Positions 27,567 through 37,700 of a DNA stretch of 64,000 bases are shown here, in pieces. The DNA comes from Phycisphaerae bacterium (GTDB lineage Bacteria > Planctomycetota > Phycisphaerae > Sedimentisphaerales > UBA12454). The translations under genes were made by a program, and so were the position numbers. Below the pieces are notes generated by a model that was not told where the DNA came from, did not search any database, and was given only the letters and a program-made list of their open reading frames with translations. Within the stretch, counting starts at the first letter, position 1. Each line of letters starts with the position of its first letter. The DNA is taken from assembly GCA_041478555.1 (NCBI GenBank), contig JBGOWI010000001.1, positions 42,073 to 106,072 of the forward strand, read 5' to 3'.

Positions 27567-28355
27567 ATGAGAACAGATGGAGAATTATTCAAGCGTATAA
27601 GGTATATGCTGGTGGCTGTATTATTCATATCGGCTTGCAGTACATTTGCTGATACATACACATACGACTTATCGACCGACCTTAATGTATGGGACATAAC
27701 TGGTACATACGATAATGACGCGATTGTTGTAGGCTGTGGAATCAGTTATACAATGACACAAGACAGTGCAGGGAAAATTACAGGTTATGGAGACGCCTCT
27801 TGCAGCGTTGATGGGTACGATCTCGATATGTCTTATACTCTCAAAGGCTCAGTAACTCAGAAAAATAATGTTGCCACCGTTAAATGTACTATAAAATTTT
27901 CCGGCTGGATATCCGATGGTGTTGATGATTATAAATTCAAAGCCAGCGAAATAGTTACCGCCATTATTAATGCCATATCAAATACTATTGAAGGTAGGGT
28001 TAAAGTATGTGTGTCCGGCGCAGGATGCGAAACAGCAGATTTTGACTTAACTCTCCCTGACGATATGGACGGTTCAGCGGGACTTTCGATGGATGTTAAC
28101 TCAACTAACGCCAGAGGAACAAAGTTAGGCGGTACTGGCACTTTAACGCTCTCAAATGGCGATGTATATAATTACAACATCAAAGGCAGCTTCAACGCCA
28201 AAAAGGGACTGGATAAGCTTACCTTAACCGGTGTTGGCAAGCCGTCGCCAGGTAAATTTACCCTTGTCATTAACGACAGCAGCGATAACTTAAACTCGTT
28301 AAAAGGCAAGTCGCTGGGACAATCGCTCGCAGCGTCTAATATACCTGCCGAGTAA
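27567..28355 (+). CDS. putative lipoprotein, function unknown
   Basis: Signal peptide ending in the lipobox ISAC|S (LVAVLFISACS). 262 aa with a beta-rich composition. Confidence 0.6.
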   Translation: MRTDGELFKRIRYMLVAVLFISACSTFADTYTYDLSTDLNVWDITGTYDNDAIVVGCGISYTMTQDSAGKITGYGDASCSVDGYDLDMSYTLKGSVTQKNNVATVKCTIKFSGWISDGVDDYKFKASEIVTAIINAISNTIEGRVKVCVSGAGCETADFDLTLPDDMDGSAGLSMDVNSTNARGTKLGGTGTLTLSNGDVYNYNIKGSFNAKKGLDKLTLTGVGKPSPGKFTLVINDSSDNLNSLKGKSLGQSLAASNIPAE

Positions 28356-28383
28356 AACCGCCTTACAGATATCTTTAAATATT

Positions 28384-28424
28384 AAGCCTGACATTCGGAA
28401 ATGACCGTATGTCAGGCTTTTTTA
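28384..28424 (+). terminator. rho-independent terminator
   Basis: AAGCCTGACAT-loop-ATGTCAGGCTT followed by TTTTT, about 30 nt after the stop at 28355. Confidence 0.8.
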
Positions 28425-28595
28425 TTATGGCTGTGTTGTACCAATTGGTATTGGATTGTCGCTGTTCTTGGTGTGATAAATACAAATCGTTTCGTATTTT
28501 TGCGGATTGATGCCGCAGATTACCGGCGTTCTCGATAGAACGTCCCCACCATATTTGGGACAAAGTCTTGCTGCGATGTATTTGCCGTTTTGCAT
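28425..28595 (-). pseudogene. N-terminal fragment of a GT4 glycosyltransferase paralog
   Basis: MQNGKYIAARLCPKYGGDVLSRTPVICGINPQKYETICIYHTKNSDNPIPI aligns by eye with MRDGKIIVARLFSKDEGHIPSRMPVFLGINPEKYEMIFVYNAKDLKNPNIF, the N-terminus of 24694..25839. It then stops. Confidence 0.6.
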
Positions 28596-28599
28596 AGTT

Positions 28600-29613
28600 T
28601 TAGCGGCCCGCATACATTTGCTGATAGTACTGCTGGTAACTGCCGCTGGTTACATCGCTGAGCCATTTCTTGTTTTTCAGATACCAGTCAATGGTCCTGC
28701 TTAAACCCTGTTCAAATGTTATCTGCGGTTGCCAGTTGAGTTGCGAAGTAATTTTTGAGGCATCCATTGCATAGCGCCTGTCGTGGCCGGGACGGTCTTT
28801 GACGTGGGTTATCAGCGATTCGGGTTTTTTAAGCAGTTTAAGAATTGTTTTTACAACCTCAATATTGGTTTTTTCGCAGCAGGAGCCTATGTTGTAGATT
28901 TCGCCGGGCTTTGCTTCTGTCAGGACCTTCCAAACGGCTCTGCAATGGTCTTCGACGTGTATCCAGTCGCGGATATGCAAGCCGTCGCCATAGACGGGCA
29001 ATGGTTTATCATTCAAAGCATTGTTTATCATCAGCGGAATCATTTTCTCCGGGAACTGATAAGGGCCGTAATTATTTGAGCAGCGGGTTATATTGTAATT
29101 CAGTCCCCAGGTATGCCCGAAGGCTTTGACAAGAAAATCGGCGGCTGCCTTGCTTGCCGAGTATGGTGAATTGGGAGACAGAGGCGTTTCTTCGGTGAAT
29201 TTGCCGGTCGGACCTAAAGAACCATATACCTCGTCAGTTGAAATCTGTAGAAATTTCTCATTTTTTTTATCGCAGGCGGCCTGCAGCAGAGTGAGCGTGC
29301 CGGTTACATTGGTTTCGATGAAGATTTTGGGACCTACAATTGAGCGGTCAACATGGCTTTCGGCGGCAAAGTTAATTATTGCCTGAATTTTGTATTTATC
29401 GATTATTTCCTCAACCGCTCGGCCGTCGCAAATATCAGCTTTGACAAAGACATGATTAGGGCGATTGAGAAAACCTTCAAGATTTTCAAGGTTGCCGGCG
29501 TAAGTGAGTTTGTCGAGATTGACAATGAAGCAATCGGGATGGTCGGTTAGAACCCATCTTACAAAATTACTGCCTATAAAGCCTGCTCCGCCTGTAACGA
29601 GAATGCTTTTCAT
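28600..29613 (-). CDS. rfbB: dTDP-glucose 4,6-dehydratase
   Basis: ILVTGGAGFIGSNFVR Rossmann motif and YSASKAAADFLV catalytic YxxxK. 337 aa. Confidence 0.9.
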   Translation of the reverse strand: MKSILVTGGAGFIGSNFVRWVLTDHPDCFIVNLDKLTYAGNLENLEGFLNRPNHVFVKADICDGRAVEEIIDKYKIQAIINFAAESHVDRSIVGPKIFIETNVTGTLTLLQAACDKKNEKFLQISTDEVYGSLGPTGKFTEETPLSPNSPYSASKAAADFLVKAFGHTWGLNYNITRCSNNYGPYQFPEKMIPLMINNALNDKPLPVYGDGLHIRDWIHVEDHCRAVWKVLTEAKPGEIYNIGSCCEKTNIEVVKTILKLLKKPESLITHVKDRPGHDRRYAMDASKITSQLNWQPQITFEQGLSRTIDWYLKNKKWLSDVTSGSYQQYYQQMYAGR

Positions 29614-29721
29614 CCCGCACCTTCTTTCTGCTTATTCTTTTTTAAAAAGTTGACGTATGCAATATTCAAGCCTTTATCCTTTCAAAGATATATAATACAT
29701 TGAATATTTGGAAGGTGCGGG
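29614..29721. repeat. CCCGCACCTTC / GAAGGTGCGGG long hairpin filling the rfbD-rfbB gap
   Basis: The arms at 29614-29624 and 29711-29721 are complementary, with an inner palindrome GCAATATTCAAG..ATTGAATATT. The element abuts the rfbB start codon and lies 3 nt from the rfbD stop. Confidence 0.6.
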
Positions 29722-29723
29722 AT

Positions 29724-30563
29724 TCATAGCGTTTTCAAAAACCTTTCAAGCGGTTTTTGCCAAACTTCTATTGGTTTGTCAAGCAAAGACTGTATTTTAT
29801 CACAGCAGAATCTGCTGCTGGCAGGTCTTTGTGCCGCGGTCGGGAATTCATTCGATTTGCAGGGGATAACTTCTATGTTCATTTTAAGTTTTTCAAGGAC
29901 AAATTTTGCTATGTCGTATCGGCTTGTAAAACCGGCTGCTGCATAGTGAAAAAGACCCTGCGGTTTTTTTGCAATAAGTTCACGAATGACCTTTGCCACC
30001 TCCTGAGTCGCGGTCGGTGAGCCGAACTGGTCGTCAATAACTTTAAGGCTGCTTTTCTGCCGGGAGAGAGAAATTAGCTTGGTTATGAAATTATTGCCGT
30101 CTCTGCCATAAGTCCACTGAGTGCGGATTATGACAAAGAAATTATGATTCTCTGATAAAAGCACCTCACCTTTGAGCTTGCTTTTGCCGTAGACGTTTAT
30201 GGGGTTTGGCAAGTCGGTTTCGAAGTAAGGCGTCTCCTTTTTGCCGTCAAAAACAAAATCGGTACTTATATGAATAACGTAAATGTTTCTTTTGCGGGCT
30301 ATTTGAGCAAGGTCGCCTACGGAATCAGCATTTATTTTAAAGGCCTGTTCTGACTGGCTTTCGGCCTTTTCAACATCGGTGAAGGCTGCGCAGTTGATAA
30401 CGACATCCGCATCTTCAAGTGCTTTTTCAAGCCGGTTTTTATCGGCGATGTCAAAGTCAGGCAGGTCATAGGGTGTTATGTCCAGATTGTATTCGGCACA
30501 TAGATGATAAACGTCAGAGCCAAGCATACCCTTTGCGCCGAGCAGGATGATTTTTTCAGCCAT
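29724..30563 (-). CDS. rfbD: dTDP-4-dehydrorhamnose reductase
   Basis: MAEKIILLGAKGMLGSD, and YGKSKLKGE catalytic YxxxK. The start at 30563 overlaps the rfbC stop by 8 nt. Confidence 0.85.
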   Translation of the reverse strand: MAEKIILLGAKGMLGSDVYHLCAEYNLDITPYDLPDFDIADKNRLEKALEDADVVINCAAFTDVEKAESQSEQAFKINADSVGDLAQIARKRNIYVIHISTDFVFDGKKETPYFETDLPNPINVYGKSKLKGEVLLSENHNFFVIIRTQWTYGRDGNNFITKLISLSRQKSSLKVIDDQFGSPTATQEVAKVIRELIAKKPQGLFHYAAAGFTSRYDIAKFVLEKLKMNIEVIPCKSNEFPTAAQRPASSRFCCDKIQSLLDKPIEVWQKPLERFLKTL

Positions 30564-31083
30564 CTTTGCGCATCCAGTCGTATGGGATGTCGTTGTCGTG
30601 CGGATGAATTCGGAATTCATCAGGCTGACTGTAATTATAAACTTCGGTCGTTATGTTTATTATATATGCCTCTTCCTGACTTGTGCACATCCAGCCGTGA
30701 CAGACGCCGGGCGGTATCTTCAAAACCGCAGGGCAATGCTCACCCAGATAAAGCTGATTGACGCAGCCTTTGGTTTTTGAGTCGCTTCGTCCGTCATAAA
30801 GGGCGACCTTTACCGTGCCTTTTGCGACATAAAAATGGTCGGTTTGTTTCTTGTGCCAGTGCCAGGCCTTTACCACGCCCGGATATGTTGTTGTGAAGTA
30901 CACCTGACCGAATTTCTCGAAAAACTGGTCGTCGGCTCGTAAAATCTCGCCAAGCCTTCCTCGTTCATCAGGAAAGACTTTTGCAGGACATATCTTGACA
31001 TCTTCAATCAGGCCGGCCGAGCCTGTAACTATAATTGAGCCATCCGAAAATACTTTTTTGAGTTCTGCGATTTTTTTTGTCAT
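30556..31083 (-). CDS. rfbC: dTDP-4-dehydrorhamnose 3,5-epimerase family cupin
   Basis: DERGRLGEILR ... VVKAWHWHKKQTDHFYVAKGTVKVALYDGRSDSKTKG matches the RmlC motif pattern. Confidence 0.75.
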   Translation of the reverse strand: MTKKIAELKKVFSDGSIIVTGSAGLIEDVKICPAKVFPDERGRLGEILRADDQFFEKFGQVYFTTTYPGVVKAWHWHKKQTDHFYVAKGTVKVALYDGRSDSKTKGCVNQLYLGEHCPAVLKIPPGVCHGWMCTSQEEAYIINITTEVYNYSQPDEFRIHPHDNDIPYDWMRKDG

Positions 31084-31805
31084 TGCGGCGGTTCCTTAAT
31101 AACCAATTCATTTGCCCTGCCGAGCGATTCGAATATGCCGGCATCGGTCCACCAGCCGGCCAGAATATCATATTGAAGCTGATTACGGGCAATATATGTA
31201 TTATTCACATCCGTGATTTCGAGCTCGCCGCGAGCAGAGGGTTTTAATGTTCTGATTATGTCAAAAACGGAATTGTCGTAAAAGTAGATTCCCGTAACAG
31301 CGTAGTTTGTTTTTGGTTTTCGGGGTTTTTCCATGATTCTGGTTACTCTGCCTCTGGAGATTTCAGCGACGCCAAAACGATTAGGATTGGGGACTTTTTT
31401 GAGCAGCACTCTTGCCCCCTTTTTATGAGAGGAGAATTTTTGAAGATATGGTTTTAACGAGGCTTTGAAGATGTTATCGCCGAGAATGGCGACAACACCG
31501 TTGTCGTTGGCGAAACCTTCCGCAAGAGAAAGGGCCTGGGCAATGCCACCGGCCTTGTCCTGAACTTTATAAGTAAAGCGACAACCAGAAGAGCTGCCCG
31601 AACCGAGAAGATTTACCACGTCGCCCATGTGGTCAACACCGGTTACAATAAGGATTTCCCTGATGCCCGCTGAAATGAGTTTTTCAACGGGGTAATAAAT
31701 CATTGGTTTTCTTCCGACAGCCAACAGATGCTTGTTCGTAACCTTCGTAAGAGGCATCAGACGAGAGCCCGTTCCGCCGGCAAGAACGACACCTTTAATG
31801 TCCAC
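31080..31805 (-). CDS. rfbA: glucose-1-phosphate thymidylyltransferase-like sugar nucleotidyltransferase (short form)
   Basis: KGVVLAGGTGSRLMPLTKVTNKHLL. 241 aa. Overlaps the rfbC start by 4 nt. Confidence 0.75.
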   Translation of the reverse strand: MDIKGVVLAGGTGSRLMPLTKVTNKHLLAVGRKPMIYYPVEKLISAGIREILIVTGVDHMGDVVNLLGSGSSSGCRFTYKVQDKAGGIAQALSLAEGFANDNGVVAILGDNIFKASLKPYLQKFSSHKKGARVLLKKVPNPNRFGVAEISRGRVTRIMEKPRKPKTNYAVTGIYFYDNSVFDIIRTLKPSARGELEITDVNNTYIARNQLQYDILAGWWTDAGIFESLGRANELVIKEPPQ

Positions 31806-32045
31806 AACCTTTCTCCTTTAAAGAATCGGATTTAACAGAATTTTATATCCATCGGACTGATAAGTCAATTAAAGATGTTTCTGCGGACGGCAGATTATTA
31901 TTTGGACTAAACGACACAAAAATATGAGATATAACCGCTTGACCGGCTCCGGTTTGGCAGATATACTCAACGAAATTATAATTTGTCCGGCAGCGAAATT
32001 ACTCCAATCAGATGCTATCGGAGAAACAGGAATAAATTAACTAAG

Positions 32046-34013
32046 ATGATATTAGAAAGAATAAAAGCGTCAGCACAGATAGTACGTAAATTTTTGAAAA
32101 GCGACCTGTTCGCTTTTATTTTACGTTTTGCATTTGCGGCGATATTTGTATTCAGCTCCGTACTTTTCCTCGAGACCAGATTCTCGCGTGGACAAACGCG
32201 GTGGGATGCGGTGATAAGCGTAACAATGATAATGATGCTGTTCGCTCTGGTCGACTGGATTTCCAACAGAATTATCAAAGGTTTACTGGCGGCTTTTTTA
32301 GGCGCTTTTTTAATATTTTTCCATCTGGCTTACGGACTTTATTATAGATTCTTTTCCTGCCCGATGCCGTTCGATGTTTACCGCCATTTCGGAGATATTC
32401 CCGAAGTGGGTGGATACGGTATGGGGTTGCTGTCCTTGAAAGATACGATTATCGCAATCATACTGCCGCTGATATTGCTGACAGGGATTGTACTCCGACC
32501 GTTTAAAAACAAGGCTCGCCTGCCGCTTATCATCATTGTCCTGTTTGTAATAATCACCACAGGCTGGATATACAGAATCAATAGACCGTTGTTCAGATCC
32601 GTCAGAGATTTGGCGGTGCTGCCAGACTATATCCATCGCTTGGTATACTGGCACTGCACATTCGGCATCCAGCGGAACAAATATACAACCATAGTCAATA
32701 ACATTAATGACTATATACCAAGACATCTGGCCGGATACAAAATCGTCAAAGGTAAAGGCATTATGCTTGAACCGGTCGACAGCATCCAAAAAGAAACACC
32801 CAAAAAATATAATATCATACTCATACTGATGGAGTCCGTGCGGGCTTATGAGTGTGGTTTCCTCGGTGCAAATCCTTCATATACGCCGGCACTCGATGAG
32901 CTGGCAAAAAACGCCAGAATATTTACCGACTTCTATGCCAACGGCTCACAAACCGTCCGCGCCGAAATCTCCTGCCTCTGCTCAGTCTATTGTAATCCGA
33001 TAGGAACGCCAACCTATCTGGTCAACCCTACCGTAAAACTCATATCCCTGCCGCAAATTCTGATTGATAACGGCTATCAGACCCTGTGGTTCAGCGCATT
33101 TACCGCGAGCTTCCATAATAAAAGGACATTCTTAAGCAGACACGGCATACAAAAAATTTATGATAGAGACACTCTTCCGAAACCAAAACAGCCCGAAATC
33201 GCGTGGGGGATGAATGACTGCGAATTTTTCGATAATGTCTGGGATATTATAAAAGACGCAAATGAACCGTTTTTTGCACAACTAACAACCCTGAGCAATC
33301 ATGTTGCAAATTCCATCTATCCGGTAATGCCAAAAACCAAACCGGAAAGTGGCACAAAAGAATACACCAGATACGTAAACGGCACTTACTACACAGATTT
33401 TGCTGTCGCAGGATTCGTTACAAAAGTTCTAAACTCAAAACTTGCCGCCAATACCGTCGTAATCATCACAGGCGACCACGGTCTTTGGATATTTCCTGAG
33501 GATATTGCCAAGGACCCGGTGCGAAAAGTCGAAACGTATTTCCGCGTACCTATGTGTATCTGGGGACCACCGGAAGTTATTCAACCGGGTTATGACCAGA
33601 CACTCGGCTCTCACGTCGATATATCGCCGTCGCTGCTTGATATAATGAATATTAAAGCCGCAAATACTTTTCTGGGTCAATCCCTCTTCGATAGCGATGT
33701 CAAACCCGAAGACAGGTATGTTGCTATGTTCCTCGGGACCATTCCTATGCTCAGAAAAGGAAACGAATTTCTTATGCCTGAAATGGGTAAGAAAATTAAA
33801 AAAACCTACGTAAAAGCAGAAAGGATGAACGCGTACAGCAAAAAAGATCAAACTTATTTCTACTCCGTTGACGGAGATATACTTCGCGGAAATTATACGA
33901 CAGCAGCCATCCCCGATGACGGTGAAAGACAACATTTGTCTAATCTGCTCAACGATATAGTATTTCTTACCGTTTATGGGATATATTTTGATGCATATAT
34001 GGGAATCCGGTAG
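32046..34013 (+). CDS. LTA-synthase/sulfatase-family membrane phosphotransferase
   Basis: Polytopic N-terminus, then IILILMESVRAYE and VIITGDHG (alkaline-phosphatase superfamily motifs). Confidence 0.7.
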   Translation: MILERIKASAQIVRKFLKSDLFAFILRFAFAAIFVFSSVLFLETRFSRGQTRWDAVISVTMIMMLFALVDWISNRIIKGLLAAFLGAFLIFFHLAYGLYYRFFSCPMPFDVYRHFGDIPEVGGYGMGLLSLKDTIIAIILPLILLTGIVLRPFKNKARLPLIIIVLFVIITTGWIYRINRPLFRSVRDLAVLPDYIHRLVYWHCTFGIQRNKYTTIVNNINDYIPRHLAGYKIVKGKGIMLEPVDSIQKETPKKYNIILILMESVRAYECGFLGANPSYTPALDELAKNARIFTDFYANGSQTVRAEISCLCSVYCNPIGTPTYLVNPTVKLISLPQILIDNGYQTLWFSAFTASFHNKRTFLSRHGIQKIYDRDTLPKPKQPEIAWGMNDCEFFDNVWDIIKDANEPFFAQLTTLSNHVANSIYPVMPKTKPESGTKEYTRYVNGTYYTDFAVAGFVTKVLNSKLAANTVVIITGDHGLWIFPEDIAKDPVRKVETYFRVPMCIWGPPEVIQPGYDQTLGSHVDISPSLLDIMNIKAANTFLGQSLFDSDVKPEDRYVAMFLGTIPMLRKGNEFLMPEMGKKIKKTYVKAERMNAYSKKDQTYFYSVDGDILRGNYTTAAIPDDGERQHLSNLLNDIVFLTVYGIYFDAYMGIR

Positions 34014-34348
34014 CGGTTTGGAAATATGCGGATTTATGGAATACAAGATGGGCATTTTCCTCGCTCCACAGTCAAACTGTTCCAAGTCTCTGTTGCAGCG
34101 CGGTATGTCGCATCCTACCTTGGCAAGTTCATTGGCCTATTGCAAGGCGGGCGGGAGAACAGCTGCCAGAACCGCTATAGCAGTAACAACAATAAGTTCT
34201 GCAAGAGTAAAGGTTTAAAATGGCAAAGGGATAACCTTATACAAAAAGACTTCTGAGTTTTTTAATTGCGATATTATTTTGTGTCGTATAATATACTCCA
34301 AAAAGTTTGCAAATTTACATTTTCGAGTAAAAGTGAAAGGAGAGAATA

Positions 34349-34603
34349 ATGGAGTTTTTTTATTGCCGAATAATGACAGTCATGTTGATGGTACTAATCG
34401 TCTGTGTTTTTGCCGGGAAAGCTTATGCAGCACCGGGGGTTTTTGCCTACATTGATCCGGGTACTGGCAGTTTTATACTTCAACTTCTCATTGGGGCTGT
34501 CTGTGGCGGTCTATTTGCCGTCAAATTATTTTGGAACAAGATAAGCAGCTTTCTGAAAAGACTATTACCCTCAGGCCGGAAGAATGGAAACAGCGGAAAG
34601 TAG
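34349..34603 (+). CDS. small membrane protein
   Basis: Signal-like helix, then the IDPGTGSFILQLLIGAVCGGLFAV helix and a basic tail. Overlaps the next gene by 20 nt. Confidence 0.5.
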   Translation: MEFFYCRIMTVMLMVLIVCVFAGKAYAAPGVFAYIDPGTGSFILQLLIGAVCGGLFAVKLFWNKISSFLKRLLPSGRKNGNSGK

Positions 34604-35969
34604 CCAGACTATCGCAGCCTCTTTTCGTGATCCGAGCGGTTTTCTGTTCCGGCGCGAAGGACACATCTATCGGCAGATAAACACCAGCTACAAAGAAAAT
34701 TACGATCTCTTAATAAACTCCGGCTTGTACGACAACCTCGTAAATGCGCAACTTCTCATCCCGCACACCGAAGTTAACATCAACAGCCGATTATCAGATG
34801 AGGCCTACAAAATAATTGCTCCTGAAGTTGTGCCATTTATATCCTATCCGTATGAATGGTGCTTCAGCCAGCTGCAGGATGCCGCACTTATCACGCTGGA
34901 AATCCAGAAAAGGTCTCTTGAGTTTGGCATGTCGCTCAAAGACTGTAGCGCCTATAATGTGCAGTTCAGGAAAGGCAAACCTGTTTTTATCGACACACTC
35001 TCTTTTGAAAATTATCCCCAGAATCGCCCTTGGGTAGCTTACAGACAGTTCTGTCAGAATTTTCTCGCCCCTTTGGCGCTGATGAGCCTTACCGACATCA
35101 GGCTCAATCAGCTGATGAGAATCTATATAGACGGCATACCTCTTGACCTGGCAGGCGGACTTCTGCCGTGGAGCAGTTGGCTGAAGTTTTCATTGCTGTC
35201 GCACATTCATCTGCACGCCAAAAGTCAGGCGCACTTTGCAGACAAAACAGTGGATACGCACGGCTACGAATTGAGCCGTTTATCTCTGCTGGGGCTAATC
35301 GACAATCTGCACAGCGCTGTCAGAAAACTCAAATGGAAGGCCAAAGGCACCGAATGGTGCGATTACTACAATGATACTAATTACTCGGAGCACGGCCTTG
35401 AGCACAAAAAAAATATCGTCTCAGAAATGCTGAAAAAAGCTTCTCCAAAAATCGTCTGGGATCTCGGCGCAAATCTCGGCCTGTTCAGCCGTATTGCCTC
35501 CGACCGCGGAATCTTGACCATTTCATTCGATATTGACCCCGCTGCGGTCGAAAACAACTACCTTGAATCAGTCAGAAAAAAAGAAGAAAATATTCTTCCT
35601 CTGCTGCTGGACCTGACCAATCCGAGCTCTGGTATTGGTTGGGAAAACCAGGAAAGAATGTCTCTTATGAACAGAGGACCGGCTGACACGGTTCTCGCCC
35701 TGGCTTTGATTCACCATCTGGCAATTTCCAACAATGTCTCATTTGACAGGATCGCTCAGTTTTTCAGCAGAATTTGCAACTTCCTCATTATCGAGTTTGT
35801 ACCTAAAACGGACTCACAGGTCCGCAGGCTTCTGATAACCAGAGAAGATATTTTCTCCGATTACAGCCAGCAGGCCTTTGAATGCCACTTTGGAAAATAC
35901 TTCAGAACGCTTGACTGTGTGAGAGTTACTGATTCGGAAAGGTTTATTTATTTGATGCAAAAAGGATAA
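34584..35969 (+). CDS. class I SAM-dependent methyltransferase with N-terminal extension
   Basis: VWDLGANLGLFSRIAS is the glycine-rich SAM motif I, in the C-terminal half. The N-terminal FRDPSGFLFRREGHIYRQI domain is of unknown function. Confidence 0.65.
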   Translation: METAESSQTIAASFRDPSGFLFRREGHIYRQINTSYKENYDLLINSGLYDNLVNAQLLIPHTEVNINSRLSDEAYKIIAPEVVPFISYPYEWCFSQLQDAALITLEIQKRSLEFGMSLKDCSAYNVQFRKGKPVFIDTLSFENYPQNRPWVAYRQFCQNFLAPLALMSLTDIRLNQLMRIYIDGIPLDLAGGLLPWSSWLKFSLLSHIHLHAKSQAHFADKTVDTHGYELSRLSLLGLIDNLHSAVRKLKWKAKGTEWCDYYNDTNYSEHGLEHKKNIVSEMLKKASPKIVWDLGANLGLFSRIASDRGILTISFDIDPAAVENNYLESVRKKEENILPLLLDLTNPSSGIGWENQERMSLMNRGPADTVLALALIHHLAISNNVSFDRIAQFFSRICNFLIIEFVPKTDSQVRRLLITREDIFSDYSQQAFECHFGKYFRTLDCVRVTDSERFIYLMQKG

Positions 35970-35975
35970 CGCTGA

Positions 35976-37523
35976 ATGTTCAAAAGATGGTTAATAATTC
36001 ATCCTTTTCTGTTTGCCTTGTTTCCAGTCGTATTTTTATACTCTTATAATATAGATCAGGTGGCATTCTCTCAGATTCTTCTGCCCTCCGTCATTGTGCT
36101 GGCAGTAGCTCTGATTTTGTTTGCGCTGCTTGGATGGCTGCTTGGCGATACGCAAAGGGCGGCTTTAATTGTGTCTGTCCTTATGATTCTGTTTTTCTCC
36201 TACGGCCGTGTTACCGGCAAAGTCGGTCAGTCGCACATCAAATTCAGCGACAATAAGGTAATTATAGTATGGGCGGTCATCTTCGGCTGCAGTATATTCA
36301 AAATTATAAAGACACGTAAATCTCTGGCCCGTCTTACCAGCCTGGCCAACATCGCCGCTGCCGGAATGCTGGCGGCCTCCCTGATAAACATCGTATATCA
36401 CAGGGCAACGGATGTGCGTCCTAACGCAGCTTATCAAAATCCCGTAAACTACAGCAACGTTAGCGACATTAATTCGTCAGACCCTAATTACAAACCGGAT
36501 ATTTATTACATCATACTGGACGCTTACGCCTCCGACCACATCCTCAAAAAAATCTATAAGTACAACAATCATGAATTCACAGATTATCTCGAAAAGAATG
36601 GCTTTTATATAGCGAATCACAGCCAAAGCAATTATGCGACAACTTTTATGTCGCTGGCCTCGTCTCTGAATATGGAATACGTCGATAATATAGTTGCTCA
36701 GATGAACTCCGAATCTAAGGACCGTTCAATATTTTACAATATGATTGAAAACAGCAGGGTAACGAACTTTCTGAAGTCCAAAGGCTATAAAATCGTCCAC
36801 TTCGGCTCCGGCTGGGAAGGCACAAACTTCAACAGGTATGCGGATGTGCACTTCAACTGCGGTTGGATAGATGAGTTTATGATGGTGCTCATACGCACAA
36901 CAGTAATGGACTATTTTCTGGGAAAACAACTAATTGAACATGACGCCAGATATCGAATTCTGCAGAACTTTAAAAAGCTGGCTAAAATAGCCGATGGTAT
37001 TAAGGGACCTAAATTTGTCTTCATTCATTTTGTCTGCCCCCATCCTCCTTTCATCTTTGATGCCGACGGCTCAAAACTCCGCAAGACAGAACTCGAAATG
37101 GACGGAAGAACCTGGAACAATCATGAGTCGTACATCAGGCAGTTGCGCTTTGTAAACGGCAAGGTCGAAAAATTGATTGACCGGATACTGAGCAAATCAA
37201 AAACAGCTCCTGTCATCATCCTTCAGGCGGACCACGGCACAGCTTCGCTGGGCCGGCCTTCTCCGCCGCTGGAAATGACGGCTAAAGTCAAAGAGATACT
37301 CGAGGAAAGACTGCGGATTTTCAATGCCTACTACCTGCCCGGCGGAGAAAACCCTGCTTTGTACAGCGCAATTACGCCGGTGAATACTTTTAGAATCGTC
37401 TTTAATAAGTACTTTAATACAAATTATCCGCTACTCAAAGACCGATGTTACTATGGAGAATATAAGCATCCCTACATACTCACTGACGTAACTGACGTGG
37501 TAGCTTATGACGACACAAATTAA
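35976..37523 (+). CDS. sulfatase-like membrane hydrolase/transferase
   Basis: Four or five N-terminal TM helices, then IILDAYASDH and ILQADHGTA (alkaline-phosphatase superfamily). Confidence 0.65.
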   Translation: MFKRWLIIHPFLFALFPVVFLYSYNIDQVAFSQILLPSVIVLAVALILFALLGWLLGDTQRAALIVSVLMILFFSYGRVTGKVGQSHIKFSDNKVIIVWAVIFGCSIFKIIKTRKSLARLTSLANIAAAGMLAASLINIVYHRATDVRPNAAYQNPVNYSNVSDINSSDPNYKPDIYYIILDAYASDHILKKIYKYNNHEFTDYLEKNGFYIANHSQSNYATTFMSLASSLNMEYVDNIVAQMNSESKDRSIFYNMIENSRVTNFLKSKGYKIVHFGSGWEGTNFNRYADVHFNCGWIDEFMMVLIRTTVMDYFLGKQLIEHDARYRILQNFKKLAKIADGIKGPKFVFIHFVCPHPPFIFDADGSKLRKTELEMDGRTWNNHESYIRQLRFVNGKVEKLIDRILSKSKTAPVIILQADHGTASLGRPSPPLEMTAKVKEILEERLRIFNAYYLPGGENPALYSAITPVNTFRIVFNKYFNTNYPLLKDRCYYGEYKHPYILTDVTDVVAYDDTN

Positions 37524-37559
37524 AATTAGTGTTCTGTAGAAAGGCTTTTTGACAAGGGG

Positions 37560-37700
37560 GAATGATAGTCAGATTGAATATCAGCGCCGGAAGGATCATT
37601 TCCTGATTCTTGCTCTGTTGCGTTTTGTCATGGATGGTGTAGCCAAGTTTCCGTTCAACATTGAAAAGACCATCTATGCCTGCCGCCTCTGGCTGTAAGT
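37560..37700 (-). pseudogene. possible C-terminal relic of a DDE transposase
   Basis: The minus-strand frame reads QPEAAGIDGLFNVERKLGYTIHDKTQQSKNQEMILPALIFNLTI. This resembles the conserved IE..F..lK ... a.NL tail of IS4/IS5/IS1380-type transposases. A stop lies immediately upstream. Confidence 0.3.

Noticed and set aside
33435-34085. 216-aa minus-strand ORF
   Set aside because: It is antisense to the 3' part of the LTA-synthase-family gene, and no motif was recognised.
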